A stretch of DNA of 64,000 bases, taken from the IMG/VR virus record IMGVR_UViG_3300025127_000022, positions 12,276-76,275 of that record; one strand, given 5' to 3'. Under the pieces are notes generated by a model, which worked only from the letters and a program-made list of their open reading frames with translations, did not search any database and was not told where the DNA came from. This DNA comes from a virus. Below are positions 54,545 to 64,000 of this stretch, piece by piece. Both the position numbers and the translations under genes were made by a program. The stretch's first letter is position 1. Each line of letters starts with the position of its first letter.

Positions 54545-54605
54545 AGTTAATTTTGACACTAAAAGAAAATGCTGTTATATTTAGGTATATAACAGTATTT
54601 TTTTT

Positions 54606-55037
54606 ATGAAAACAGGAAAACAATTTAAATTAAATTTAAACAAAGACTTTAACACTTACTACGGTAGTGTGGATTACAAAAATCCTAAATCGATATACAT
54701 TAACATTTCTTCATGGTTCTCACCCCTCAAAGAGTGTGATAACTGGGAGAGGGCAGTTAGTGGTCTCAAAAGAAATATACAATCTCATATAAATTCTACC
54801 CACATGAATGATTTATTTCTACGTCAAAAACAAATAGTAGATTTAGATATTAGAACTAGTGGGATAAGACCAAACAAAAGAAGTTATATGAATTGTGAAA
54901 TAACTTTATTTTTAAATAAAGAAGAACCGATTAAATCAGATAACATTAAAGTAGCAGTACAAAGTCTTTTAAACAATGTAATAACCGATAGTTTAAAAGT
55001 GTCACCTTATTTTAATTTTTACAAGACAAAAAAGTAA
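54606..55037 (+). CDS. hypothetical protein
   Basis: 143-aa ORF between portal and protease. Confidence 0.7.
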   Translation: MKTGKQFKLNLNKDFNTYYGSVDYKNPKSIYINISSWFSPLKECDNWERAVSGLKRNIQSHINSTHMNDLFLRQKQIVDLDIRTSGIRPNKRSYMNCEITLFLNKEEPIKSDNIKVAVQSLLNNVITDSLKVSPYFNFYKTKK

Positions 55038-55082
55038 AAATGAGTTTTATTATTACTTAACTATTTATAGTTAAAAGTAATA

Positions 55083-55799
55083 ATGGAAATATTAAGACCA
55101 GGAAAATTAGGTACGGGGATTTTAATAGAATATGACGCGGGTCACATTTCCCCTAAAAACAACAACAACAAAAAGGTTATTAAAGAAATGACTGATAGGT
55201 CTATCCAAGAAGGGCCTATCATTTTTCATGCCATACTTCAAAAGAGTGGTGTTGAAAATAGAAATGGAAGAGTATACCCAGACAATATTTTAAAAAGAGA
55301 AGTAGACAACTATCAAAAGTTAATCGAAAAAGGAAGTGCCTTATCCGAACTTAATCACCCAGAATCATCTTTAGTAGATTTAGAAAGAAGTTCTCACAGA
55401 GTACTAGAAACTTGGTGGGATGGAAATATATTAATGGGTAAACTAGAAATTCTTACATCTCCAGCATACCACCAGACAGGTGTAATTTCTTGTGTGGGAG
55501 ATATAGCAGCTAATTTATTAAGACATGATGTGACACTAGGAATTTCTTCAAGAGGTGTAGGTTCGTTAGAAAGAGAAAGCGGACAAAATATGGTACAAGA
55601 CGATTTTGAATTAATTTGTTTTGACCTTGTATCATCACCATCAACACCAGGAGCTTACTTATTTAAAAACCTTGAAGACAAAGAACTTTATGATGAATCT
55701 TTAAGTCATGATAAATCACAAGAACAGATAACAAGTCAGGCTTTAAGTGGGTCATTAAAATTAATGGATAAACTAGATAATTTTTTATCTGGTTATTAA
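55083..55799 (+). CDS. prohead core protease (T4 gp21-like)
   Basis: NRNGRVYP, ELNHP, SH, GISSRGVGS and FDLVSSPSTPGA motifs. Confidence 0.93.
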   Translation: MEILRPGKLGTGILIEYDAGHISPKNNNNKKVIKEMTDRSIQEGPIIFHAILQKSGVENRNGRVYPDNILKREVDNYQKLIEKGSALSELNHPESSLVDLERSSHRVLETWWDGNILMGKLEILTSPAYHQTGVISCVGDIAANLLRHDVTLGISSRGVGSLERESGQNMVQDDFELICFDLVSSPSTPGAYLFKNLEDKELYDESLSHDKSQEQITSQALSGSLKLMDKLDNFLSGY

Positions 55800-55903
55800 A
55801 AATAATATTTTATAGGTTATTTATCTTAGACGGAAGGGTTTTTCCACTATTGATAATATTTATAAAACAAATAAAACTTTAAAAAGCGCTTAATAAAAAG
55901 GAT

Positions 55904-57613
55904 ATGGCAGATAATAAATCAGTCTTAGAACAAGCCCTACTAGAGGCACAACAGCTAGAAGAAGCTGTTAAATCTAATGCAAAGGAAATACTTGCATCAA
56001 CTATGAAGCAAGAGATTGAAGAGTTAGTTAAAGAATCATTAAATGAACAAGAAGAAGATGACTTTGTCGATATGGAAGACGAGGAGGAAGTTTCTATGGA
56101 TTTTGATGATGATGACGAAGAATATGAAGACCAAGAAGAAGAGGAGTTTATGATGGCTCCTGAAGAAGAAGAAGCAATGGTGTCCATGGAAATGGGTACG
56201 GATGAACCAGCACTCGACCTAACACAAGCATCTGACGACGAAGTATTAAAAGTTTTCAAATCAATGGGAGCTGAAGATGGAATCGTTGTTACACAGGATG
56301 GTGATACAATTGATATTGAGGACCAGGAAGCTGGTACTGAGTACAAAATTGAGTTAGCAGAGAGCAAACTTAGAAATAATCTTCTAATTAGAGAAGGTTA
56401 TGATAAAAAAGATTCAATGGATGAAACATTCGTTGATGATGTAGAAGAAATGAACGAAATGGATAAAGAAACCAAAGAAGGTCACTACGGTAAAAAACAC
56501 ATGGGTGAAATGGACCATATGGATAAAGAGTCTAACGAAGGTTATGGTAAAAAACATATGGGTGAAATGGACCACATGGATAAAGAAGCCAAAGAAGGTT
56601 ATGGTAAAAAGCACATGAACGAAATGGGTATGATGAAAGACGAACCAGTTTATGAAATTTCATTGGAAGATGAAATGGCATTAGATGAGATGGAAGACAT
56701 GGAAATGGACGTTGAAGAGTTAAATGAACTTGGAATGGACAAAGAAATGGAAGAAGGTCACATGAAAAACTGGGGTGGAAATAAACATGATTACCATAGA
56801 GAAATGGGAGCTGACGGACATAGACACCGCATGGGTGATGTTGGTGGTGGAAAATACGGAAAAGGTGGACACTACAAAGATTACGAAATGGGTGAAATGG
56901 ACCATATGGATAAAGAAACTAACGAAGGAGCTCACTGGGGTGGAAACAAAGATGACTACCACAGAGAAATGGGTGCTGATGGGCACAGACATAGAACAGG
57001 TGATATCGGTGGTGGAAAATATGGTAAAGGAGGCCACTATAAAGACTATGAAATGGGTGAAATGAAGTCTGACGAAGAAATGGAAGAAGCTTCAAGAACT
57101 TATGGTTTTGGTTCTAAATCTGGAAGAGGTTTGAGAAAAGCTATTTCAAACAATAGGAATTATGAATATCCTATGAATGAATCTTCTAGAAGTTCAATTC
57201 AGAAAATCATCGCAACAGCGAAACAGTTACAAACAGAGAATCGTCAATTCAGAGAAAAAAATAAGGAATATAGACAAGCTCTTAAAGTATTCAGAAACAA
57301 ATTAAATGAAGTAGCAGTATTTAACGCTAACTTGGCGTACTCTACTAAGTTATTTACTGAACACTCAACAACTAAAAAAGAGAAGGTTAACATCCTTAGA
57401 CGTTTTGATAACGTTAAGACTTTGAATGAAAGTAAAAACTTGTTTAAGGATTTAAATTCAGAATTAAATTCTAAAGTTAATAAATTAAATGAGTCGGTTC
57501 AAAAAACCATTACTAAAACCCCTTCTGGTGGTTCTTCAGTCAATTTGATTGAAAGTAAAACTTATGAAAGTCCTCAAATCACTAGGATGAGAGAGATTAT
57601 GGGTAAGTTATAA
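55904..57613 (+). CDS. prohead scaffold/core protein with His/Met-rich repeats
   Basis: Between protease and MCP; acidic coiled-coil; C-terminal LNEVAVFNANLAY...RFD; internal repeats. Confidence 0.75.
   Translation: MADNKSVLEQALLEAQQLEEAVKSNAKEILASTMKQEIEELVKESLNEQEEDDFVDMEDEEEVSMDFDDDDEEYEDQEEEEFMMAPEEEEAMVSMEMGTDEPALDLTQASDDEVLKVFKSMGAEDGIVVTQDGDTIDIEDQEAGTEYKIELAESKLRNNLLIREGYDKKDSMDETFVDDVEEMNEMDKETKEGHYGKKHMGEMDHMDKESNEGYGKKHMGEMDHMDKEAKEGYGKKHMNEMGMMKDEPVYEISLEDEMALDEMEDMEMDVEELNELGMDKEMEEGHMKNWGGNKHDYHREMGADGHRHRMGDVGGGKYGKGGHYKDYEMGEMDHMDKETNEGAHWGGNKDDYHREMGADGHRHRTGDIGGGKYGKGGHYKDYEMGEMKSDEEMEEASRTYGFGSKSGRGLRKAISNNRNYEYPMNESSRSSIQKIIATAKQLQTENRQFREKNKEYRQALKVFRNKLNEVAVFNANLAYSTKLFTEHSTTKKEKVNILRRFDNVKTLNESKNLFKDLNSELNSKVNKLNESVQKTITKTPSGGSSVNLIESKTYESPQITRMREIMGKL
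56456..57065 (+). repeat. coding repeats in scaffold: three about 57-nt units, then two units at 165-nt spacing
   Basis: EMDHMDKExxEGYGKKHM x3; WGGNKxDYHREMGADGHRHRxGDxGGGKYGKGGHYKDYEMGEM at 56771 and 56936. Confidence 0.9.
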
Positions 57614-57650
57614 TAATTAAATAAACGCTAACTAAAAACATAAATTAAAA

Positions 57651-59474
57651 ATGGGAGCATTATTAGAATCTGGTATGGTCGGAAATATAGGTTTAAAACA
57701 CCTTAAAGTTATCCGCGAAGATACTATAGGAAAATGGAACAAGCTTGGGTTCCTTAACGGATTAAATGGGCACACAAAAGAAAACATCGCTCAATTATAC
57801 GAAAATCAAGCTACACACTTAATTAACGAGGCTACGTCATCTGACGCTTCAGGTTCGTTTGAAACAGTTGTTTTCCCAATTATTAGGAGAGTATTCTCTA
57901 AATTATTGGCAAACGATATCGTTTCTGTACAAGCTATGAACTTACCAATTGGTAAATTGTTCTACTTTGTACCTAAAATTTCACAAAGAAGAACTGGTAC
58001 TGTTGGAGACCCTGCATTTACAGGTGAAGGTCACTACAACCCAATCGGAGGTAGTTTCTCAAACTCTGATACACAGTTTGACACAGTAAACCTTTATGAC
58101 GCATTCTACGAAGGTGACGGAAGAGAAGGTTTATTTGACCGTTCAAAAGGAGCTTATTCAGCTGTTTCTCGTTCTACTACAGTTCAGTCTTGGAACTCAG
58201 CTGGTTCTTCATTAGGAGACGCTACAGCTAACACTCTTGGAGCTATTGCAGTTTCAGGTGATACTGTAGACTGTGCTAATAACGGTCTAAGGTCAGCAAT
58301 TGTTGCTTTAAGAGGTTTCAGTTCTGCAGGAGCTGGTAAATTAATCGGTCCTTCAGGTAATGAAATGGATACTGAAGAGTTCTTAGCATCTCTTGAGTTA
58401 CAACCATCTGGTTCTTTAGCTTGTTGTGCTGACACTGGTAAAACTGTTTTCACTACGTCTACTAACTTACCATTTAGAGTTGTTACACAAAAGTACGGAC
58501 AACAAATCGTAAATTACGGTACGTCAACTAGTACTTTATTCCCTGGTGGGTCTTACAATGACATCTGTGACGCTACAGGAACAATCTACTTAGAAGTAGA
58601 CCTTACATGTCCAGCTTGTATCGATTGTAACTCAGTTGATGGATATGTTGGAGCTTACATTAGACCAGCAGACGCAACTACAATAAACGCTACTTATAGA
58701 ATCTACCAAGACTTGGAATTCGAAACTGAACTTGCTGAAGTTTCTTTTGACCTAGAATCTGTTACAGTTTCGGTTACTGAAAGAAAATTAAGAGCTCAGT
58801 GGTCTCCAGAATTGGCACAAGACGTTAGTGCATTCCACAACATCGATGCTGAAGCTGAATTAACAGCTTTATTATCTGAGGAAGTTGCAGCTGAAATTGA
58901 TAGAGAAATCTTGAAAGACCTTAGAAAAGGTGCAGCATGGCAATTAAGATGGGATTACAACGGATGGAAGAGATTCTCAGCTGGTCAAGCACCATACACT
59001 CAAAAAGATTGGAATCAAACATTGATTACTGCGATTAACCAAATCTCAGCTCAGATTCACAAGTCTACATTGAGAGGTGGAGCTAACTGGATTGTATGTT
59101 CTTCTGAAGTTTCTGCAATCTTTGATGATTTAGAATACTTCCACGTTTCTAACGCGTCTCCAGAGCAAGACCAATATAACATGGGTATCGAGAAAGTAGG
59201 TACACTTTCTGGACGTTACACAGTATACAGAGACCCTTACTTCCCAGCAAACAAATGTTTGTTAGGTCACAAAGGAACATCTCTACTTGATACTGGTTAT
59301 GTATACGCACCATACGTACCATTACAACTTACACCAACAATGTATAACCCATTCAACTTCGCACCAATCAAAGGTATTATGACCAGATACGCGAAGAAGA
59401 TGGTTAACAACAGATTCTATGGTCTTATCACTATAGACGGAGTAAGAACTTTCGATATCAGAGAGTTAAGATAA
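57651..59474 (+). CDS. major capsid protein (T4 gp23-like)
   Basis: VSVQAMxxPxG, RKLRAQWSPELAQD...H.IDAEAEL, EIDREI, YAPYVPL and GIMTRY motifs. Confidence 0.96.
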   Translation: MGALLESGMVGNIGLKHLKVIREDTIGKWNKLGFLNGLNGHTKENIAQLYENQATHLINEATSSDASGSFETVVFPIIRRVFSKLLANDIVSVQAMNLPIGKLFYFVPKISQRRTGTVGDPAFTGEGHYNPIGGSFSNSDTQFDTVNLYDAFYEGDGREGLFDRSKGAYSAVSRSTTVQSWNSAGSSLGDATANTLGAIAVSGDTVDCANNGLRSAIVALRGFSSAGAGKLIGPSGNEMDTEEFLASLELQPSGSLACCADTGKTVFTTSTNLPFRVVTQKYGQQIVNYGTSTSTLFPGGSYNDICDATGTIYLEVDLTCPACIDCNSVDGYVGAYIRPADATTINATYRIYQDLEFETELAEVSFDLESVTVSVTERKLRAQWSPELAQDVSAFHNIDAEAELTALLSEEVAAEIDREILKDLRKGAAWQLRWDYNGWKRFSAGQAPYTQKDWNQTLITAINQISAQIHKSTLRGGANWIVCSSEVSAIFDDLEYFHVSNASPEQDQYNMGIEKVGTLSGRYTVYRDPYFPANKCLLGHKGTSLLDTGYVYAPYVPLQLTPTMYNPFNFAPIKGIMTRYAKKMVNNRFYGLITIDGVRTFDIRELR

Positions 59475-59498
59475 TAAGTATTTTATACTTTATCATAA

Positions 59499-59530
59499 TA
59501 AAAAACCCCTCATTAGAGGGGTTTTTTTTT
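59499..59530. terminator. bidirectional intrinsic terminator after MCP
   Basis: aaaaaacccctc-atta-gaggggttttttttt. Confidence 0.9.
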
Positions 59531-60047
59531 AATCTATAACATAGGAGTCCTTATGTTCTTTAAAGACCGTCAAAGTACAAAAAATCCAGTCGTATTCGTC
59601 TTTTGACCATTTGTAGTTTCTACCTACCTTACAACTAATAGCAGCAAACTCTCCATCAGTTGGATTTAACAATAATTTATTGTGTGTGGGTGATTCTTTC
59701 CACATTTCTAAAATAGTACTAGCTATGTATTCTAGTGTTCGTCCGCTTTTTAAAATTACAGCACAATTTTCTCCAGAGTATTCCCAGTTAATATCATAAT
59801 ATGTTAATCTAGAACTAGGGGTGGGTGTTACAGTAATTTCATCATGGCCCATTTTACCTATCTTTACCTGATAATTTGAATGATGTTGTGCTGGTTTAAA
59901 AGCTCTATCAGACCATTCCCATTCATTCAATCCATTTTGTATCCTATATTCATTACATTTGTTAAATAAAAGATAATCTATATAAGTCTGGGAGAATAGA
60001 CTTAAAGTTAGAAATAAAGAAAATAGAAGTAATGTGATTTTTTTCAT
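59529..60047 (-). CDS. secreted CAP/SCP-domain protein
   Basis: Signal peptide; NEYRxxNGL, AQHHS, GH, GEN and WKESPTHNKLLL motifs; promoter TTTG-N19-TATATTTG at 60073-60103. Confidence 0.85.
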   Translation of the reverse strand: MKKITLLLFSLFLTLSLFSQTYIDYLLFNKCNEYRIQNGLNEWEWSDRAFKPAQHHSNYQVKIGKMGHDEITVTPTPSSRLTYYDINWEYSGENCAVILKSGRTLEYIASTILEMWKESPTHNKLLLNPTDGEFAAISCKVGRNYKWSKDEYDWIFCTLTVFKEHKDSYVID

Positions 60048-60104
60048 ATGTAGTATTTTTATTTTTATACTACAAATATAATAAAAAAATATTAAACTAC
60101 AAAA

Positions 60105-61667
60105 TTATTGTCTATAATCTGCGGGTGGATTACCAAAATAATTGGCCTGATTTACTACTTGAAATTTTAAAGTTTGATAGTAAGTATTAACTTCTAGGTC
60201 TGAAATAGCTTGTATGTCTAAATAATACTCATTAGGTATCATGTCTCCAGTATCTATTAAAAAGTAGTTTTGATTGTTAGCTCTACTTACATTTGTCCAT
60301 GGATGGGTTTCTACCTCTGTCGTACCCTGTTTTACATAGAGTCTATACTTAATGTTAGATATTGGTTGTGGGACTTCCGTAGTATATTCTTTTCTAGCAG
60401 ACACAATGACCTTTCTAATATCACCATTAGTTATTTTTTCATCTCTTTTTATTCCAGAAACAGAATACCCATAATGTTTAGGTAAACCAACATGGGTACC
60501 AATTTCAAAGTATTGTGAGTTTGCTTTAAGTGTAAATTTATTAGTGACATTAGATTGACAATTACCATCTATAACTAATCCAGACCATCTATCAGTAAAA
60601 ATACATGGTGTGGAATATGTATCACAAGGAATAGAAAAACAAACACAATAAACCCCTTTAGTTACTTGAGAAGCTTGTAGTGTGTATAGTAGTTGACCTG
60701 AACTATTATATATAGTAACAGTAGGTAGTGAATCTAAGTTGGTCGGTACTCCACCAGCATTAACATAAAGATAAAGACAGTTAGTTTTACCTTCATAGAA
60801 AAAGTTTCTAGCGTCATCTATATAGTCATCATAATTAGTTTCTAAATATGGTTCATAGAAGGTTTGTGTATATTTAGTGAAGAATCCTGTAGAATAACTT
60901 TCAGTTAAACCAGTTAACTGTTCTAATTCTCTAACAAAACCTATAGCGTAACCTATACTTCTGGTATTAGCGGTAAGAATATCATTGATAACCGCAGTCA
61001 TATCCATTTCTATATTTTCATTACCATTATCAAAAGTTTGTCTAGCTATGATAGTAGGGGTACACGATGTTAGTGCCCAGTTGTAAGCACCGGGACAAGA
61101 CCACTTATTAATACTACTCTCATCATACCAATTACTAGGTCTTTCAGAAAATGATTTATCACCCACATCTTCAAAATCAACATTAACATCCGCATAATCG
61201 TATCCTATACCTTCCGACCAAGTACTACCTGTTGTAGCACCAGTCAATTGTACTAAGACCAATTCAAATGAAGTAGCTCTCCTATTACCTTTAGCTGTTT
61301 TTGTGTTGAGTAAATCTGTATCAAAAGTAGATGTGTTTACCATCCTCAATGTATGAGTAGCAGCTGAGTTTAAACAACCACCCACTAAATTTATGGTACC
61401 ATCCTCATATTTTTCTGTAAGGTCTGTTAAATCTAAATCAAATAAAAATCTACTGTATGAATTATTTACCCTCATCTGTGTATAACCAGTAAGGGTGATA
61501 CCATCATCACCAGTACAAGTATCTCCAGAAAAATTGGTTGGTACACAAGTAAGTCTAGAGGTTTTACCCCCATAGTAAATCTCAGTTACTGGATTTTTTG
61601 CAGTATTAGTATTGCTATTAGCCAGTAGCGTATTATTTTTACTGAAATATGATTTATGTAACGTCAT
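60105..61667 (-). CDS. putative virion structural protein
   Basis: Thr/Asn-rich beta protein next to the spike gene; minus-strand TATTTATC at 61681-61688. Confidence 0.6.
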   Translation of the reverse strand: MTLHKSYFSKNNTLLANSNTNTAKNPVTEIYYGGKTSRLTCVPTNFSGDTCTGDDGITLTGYTQMRVNNSYSRFLFDLDLTDLTEKYEDGTINLVGGCLNSAATHTLRMVNTSTFDTDLLNTKTAKGNRRATSFELVLVQLTGATTGSTWSEGIGYDYADVNVDFEDVGDKSFSERPSNWYDESSINKWSCPGAYNWALTSCTPTIIARQTFDNGNENIEMDMTAVINDILTANTRSIGYAIGFVRELEQLTGLTESYSTGFFTKYTQTFYEPYLETNYDDYIDDARNFFYEGKTNCLYLYVNAGGVPTNLDSLPTVTIYNSSGQLLYTLQASQVTKGVYCVCFSIPCDTYSTPCIFTDRWSGLVIDGNCQSNVTNKFTLKANSQYFEIGTHVGLPKHYGYSVSGIKRDEKITNGDIRKVIVSARKEYTTEVPQPISNIKYRLYVKQGTTEVETHPWTNVSRANNQNYFLIDTGDMIPNEYYLDIQAISDLEVNTYYQTLKFQVVNQANYFGNPPADYRQ

Positions 61668-61689
61668 AATAGTCTTTAATGATAAATAT

Positions 61690-63360
61690 CTAATTTATTC
61701 TTATATTCTTATTTAGATAATCTCCTTTTCTTAATAAATCATCTATCTCCGCAAGTAATTGTACTCCATCAGCGATTGGTGGTGTATTAGCCTCACCATG
61801 AACGTGAGTTTTGAGAAATTCTACAATTTTAGTTAACAATAAAGTTAGTTGGTCTCCTCGTACAGTGGGTTCTGTTTCATTATCATTAACTTTTATTAGT
61901 ATTTCTTGTGATAACCCTAAATTATCTCCTACCTCGTTGTTATTTTCATTTTCCACTATAGGGTTAGTGGTCGGTTTATTAGGTACTGAACTATCATAAG
62001 AATAAAGAACTATTTTATCCGATAATGCTGTAAGTAAACCTTGTCTAGTAGAAGTATCAAAATCTCTATTTATTTCTATTGTGGATTGTTTTTCTAAAGT
62101 AGGTTCTGGTTGTTCCTTACTTAAAACAAAACCATAATATTTTTTATTATTTACCCCTGTTATACCAACGTCTTTAATAATTTTATTAGCGGTTTCTATA
62201 TCAGTACTTAATGTAGAATCTTCACTATTAATTATTTGAGTAAATCCTATCGCTGGTCTAAAATAAAAAGGGAATAAATTTAAATTTTGGTCGTTTGGTG
62301 AGGGAGCCGCGGAGGAAAAAGAATCTATGTATTCTCCCCTTTTTTCGAAAGCCCCACTAGTTAAACCACTTAAAGTACCTTCATTAAATGGTGGGTCAGT
62401 CAATGTCTTTTCATTAAACGTCCCAACTTCTTCTAAAAATTCATTTATTAAAAATGTCGTACCCGTAATAGATTGATTTGTGAAATTAACTTCAGCTCTT
62501 ACTTTTAAATCTGCCTGAGATTGGAAGTCTGTGGTTAAACCTGGACTATCTAAATTTGTAGGTAAATCAAAAGGAGGTTTAATTAATAACTCGTAAAGTT
62601 TTATGTTACCATTTAAACTATCGGGTGTATCTAAACTAAAAACATCATACTCTACCAGATAACGTATTTTAGCTTCTACAGGTTTTTCAAAAACTTTAGT
62701 ATCTTCTTGTAAAGACAGTTTAGTTGGAAAATTATTTAATTGTAATGTTGTAGGTTTAGGGTTAAAAATAGGAAAAGCTGGTTCTGATACATTAGGTATA
62801 AATTTTCCTGCTCTTAAAGTTATTTCACCATCTTCACCTTCAGTTCCACTAAACACTATATCTGCGTTACTTCTACCGTCTATAGAAACTTTAGTTGGTT
62901 CAGCAAAAGTGTTATCCGAAATATCCGAATCAGTTATATTTTTACTTGATTCTACTCTGGTACCTCTAGAACTGTGTAATCTACCTGTAGTATATTTGTC
63001 GTAAGGTAATTTTTCAGGACTAGAAACTGAAGGACCAATATACTCCCCATTTTGAGTATTATTGTCTGGGTCATAAAAAATTATTTTAACACTTTCATCC
63101 TCTTTAGGTACTATATTTATAAAGTAGGGTAAAAAGGGTGAATAAAGGTGTGGGTCATCTTTAGACCATTTTAATTCTTCTACAGTAGTATACATACTGT
63201 ATTTTTCTTGAGTTAATAAATCTTTTAAAGTTAAAGCATCATAGTCTGTGGGAGTTTGGGTACCCTTGTAATCCTCATCTAATACAGCTCTAATTCTACC
63301 CGCTTTAGCTGGGTCAATAGAATCTACACATACACCAAAAAAAATAATTTTATTAGCCAT
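61690..63360 (-). CDS. baseplate hub/spike protein (gp5/VgrG-like)
   Basis: N-terminal OB-fold GxCVDxxDPxxxGRIR...PxxxExV; C-terminal THVH metal-binding spike-tip motif. Confidence 0.65.
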   Translation of the reverse strand: MANKIIFFGVCVDSIDPAKAGRIRAVLDEDYKGTQTPTDYDALTLKDLLTQEKYSMYTTVEELKWSKDDPHLYSPFLPYFINIVPKEDESVKIIFYDPDNNTQNGEYIGPSVSSPEKLPYDKYTTGRLHSSRGTRVESSKNITDSDISDNTFAEPTKVSIDGRSNADIVFSGTEGEDGEITLRAGKFIPNVSEPAFPIFNPKPTTLQLNNFPTKLSLQEDTKVFEKPVEAKIRYLVEYDVFSLDTPDSLNGNIKLYELLIKPPFDLPTNLDSPGLTTDFQSQADLKVRAEVNFTNQSITGTTFLINEFLEEVGTFNEKTLTDPPFNEGTLSGLTSGAFEKRGEYIDSFSSAAPSPNDQNLNLFPFYFRPAIGFTQIINSEDSTLSTDIETANKIIKDVGITGVNNKKYYGFVLSKEQPEPTLEKQSTIEINRDFDTSTRQGLLTALSDKIVLYSYDSSVPNKPTTNPIVENENNNEVGDNLGLSQEILIKVNDNETEPTVRGDQLTLLLTKIVEFLKTHVHGEANTPPIADGVQLLAEIDDLLRKGDYLNKNIRIN

Positions 63361-63550
63361 TACCTTTTAATCTATTTTCATATTCGTTATATAGTTTCTT
63401 ATAATCCTTTTCAATAGCGTCCATTTGATGGGTTATTTCTATAACCCTAGATTTATCGTTCTCAAAACGTTCCTTAAGAAAATTTAAAGCGTCAAACAAA
63501 TCATTGTTAGATGCTTTTTTTGGTCCTTCTATAACTTTTTTTAAATCCAT
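63353..63550 (-). CDS. small coiled-coil protein
   Basis: 65-aa ORF overlapping the spike gene start. Confidence 0.65.
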   Translation of the reverse strand: MDLKKVIEGPKKASNNDLFDALNFLKERFENDKSRVIEITHQMDAIEKDYKKLYNEYENRLKGNG

Positions 63551-63552
63551 AA

Positions 63553-64000
63553 TTATAACATTATCCCTACACCTTCTCCTTGTTCGGTCACTCCAGGTCC
63601 ACTGGATGTATTTACACTAGAAGGGAAGGTAGTAATCTGTACTTTTCCATTTTTATTTCTTTCTTCTTCTACACCTTTAATTAAACTATATGCCATTTTT
63701 ACATTAACATTAGGTGAACCGTCAGGCATAGGTTCTGTATTAATACCCGATTCTGAAAAATTCTTAATAACATTTTGTAAAGCTCTTACATCACTAAATC
63801 CAGGACGTAATTCTGCTGCAGCTACTAAATTTTTAGGTATATTAATAGGTGGTACTGGGGGTAATTTAATATATCTTAGTAACGTATCTAATAAACTTCT
63901 ACAATCAGAAATGTTATCTATACTTTCAGTAGCAGCTAAAAGTGTTTGTATAAGTGAATTTATAATAGCTTATTGTTTTACATCATTTTCTTTTAGAATT
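63553..64000 (-). CDS. 3' part of a probable structural gene with an in-frame TAA at 63970-63972
   Basis: Frame reads ILKENDVKQ*AIINSLIQ...DCRSLLD...LRPGFS..RA...GINTEPMPDGSPN...GVEEE...GIML*. Confidence 0.55.

Noticed and set aside
56775-57065. Alternative-frame and antisense ORFs in the scaffold repeats (also 56414..56614 and 56720..57037)
   Set aside because: By-products of biased repeat composition within a clear gene.
1-64000. Stop-codon reassignment as in some Bacteroidota megaphages
   Set aside because: Core genes are full-length in the standard code, and TAG and TGA terminate genes at sensible positions such as 44424 and 2308.

Overview
AT-rich 64-kb segment of a large T4-like (gp17/gp20/gp21/gp23) tailed jumbo phage using the standard genetic code. 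The host is very probably Bacteroidota (Flavobacteriia-like): there are recurrent TTTG-N19-20-TAnnTTTG promoters, T9SS C-terminal sorting domains and no obvious Shine-Dalgarno sites. The right half holds the head module (terminase, portal, prohead protease, scaffold, major capsid), a gp5-like spike, a fibre, divergent clpC/dnaK, KTSC and nucleotidyltransferase genes, a tmRNA, two canonical tRNAs and one rearranged tRNA-like gene. The left half is a mosaic of nucleotide-metabolism genes, secreted/surface proteins and many genes that follow a TATTTAT(A/T) late-type motif. Main hypothesis: a large capsid-cargo system. More than a dozen unrelated proteins carry one of two short N-terminal leaders ending at T4-gp21-type [L/I/V]-x-E sites. 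They include a superoxide dismutase, annexin-like/peptidoglycan-binding paralogs, OmpA-like proteins, a pre-toxin-TG protein and an apparent polyprotein. Other highlights are a D-arm-displaced tRNA-Ile(UAU)-like RNA, a long-tag tmRNA near an N-domain-less ClpC, and a phage-borne T9SS/outer-membrane cassette. All calls come from motif reading by eye; no searches were run.
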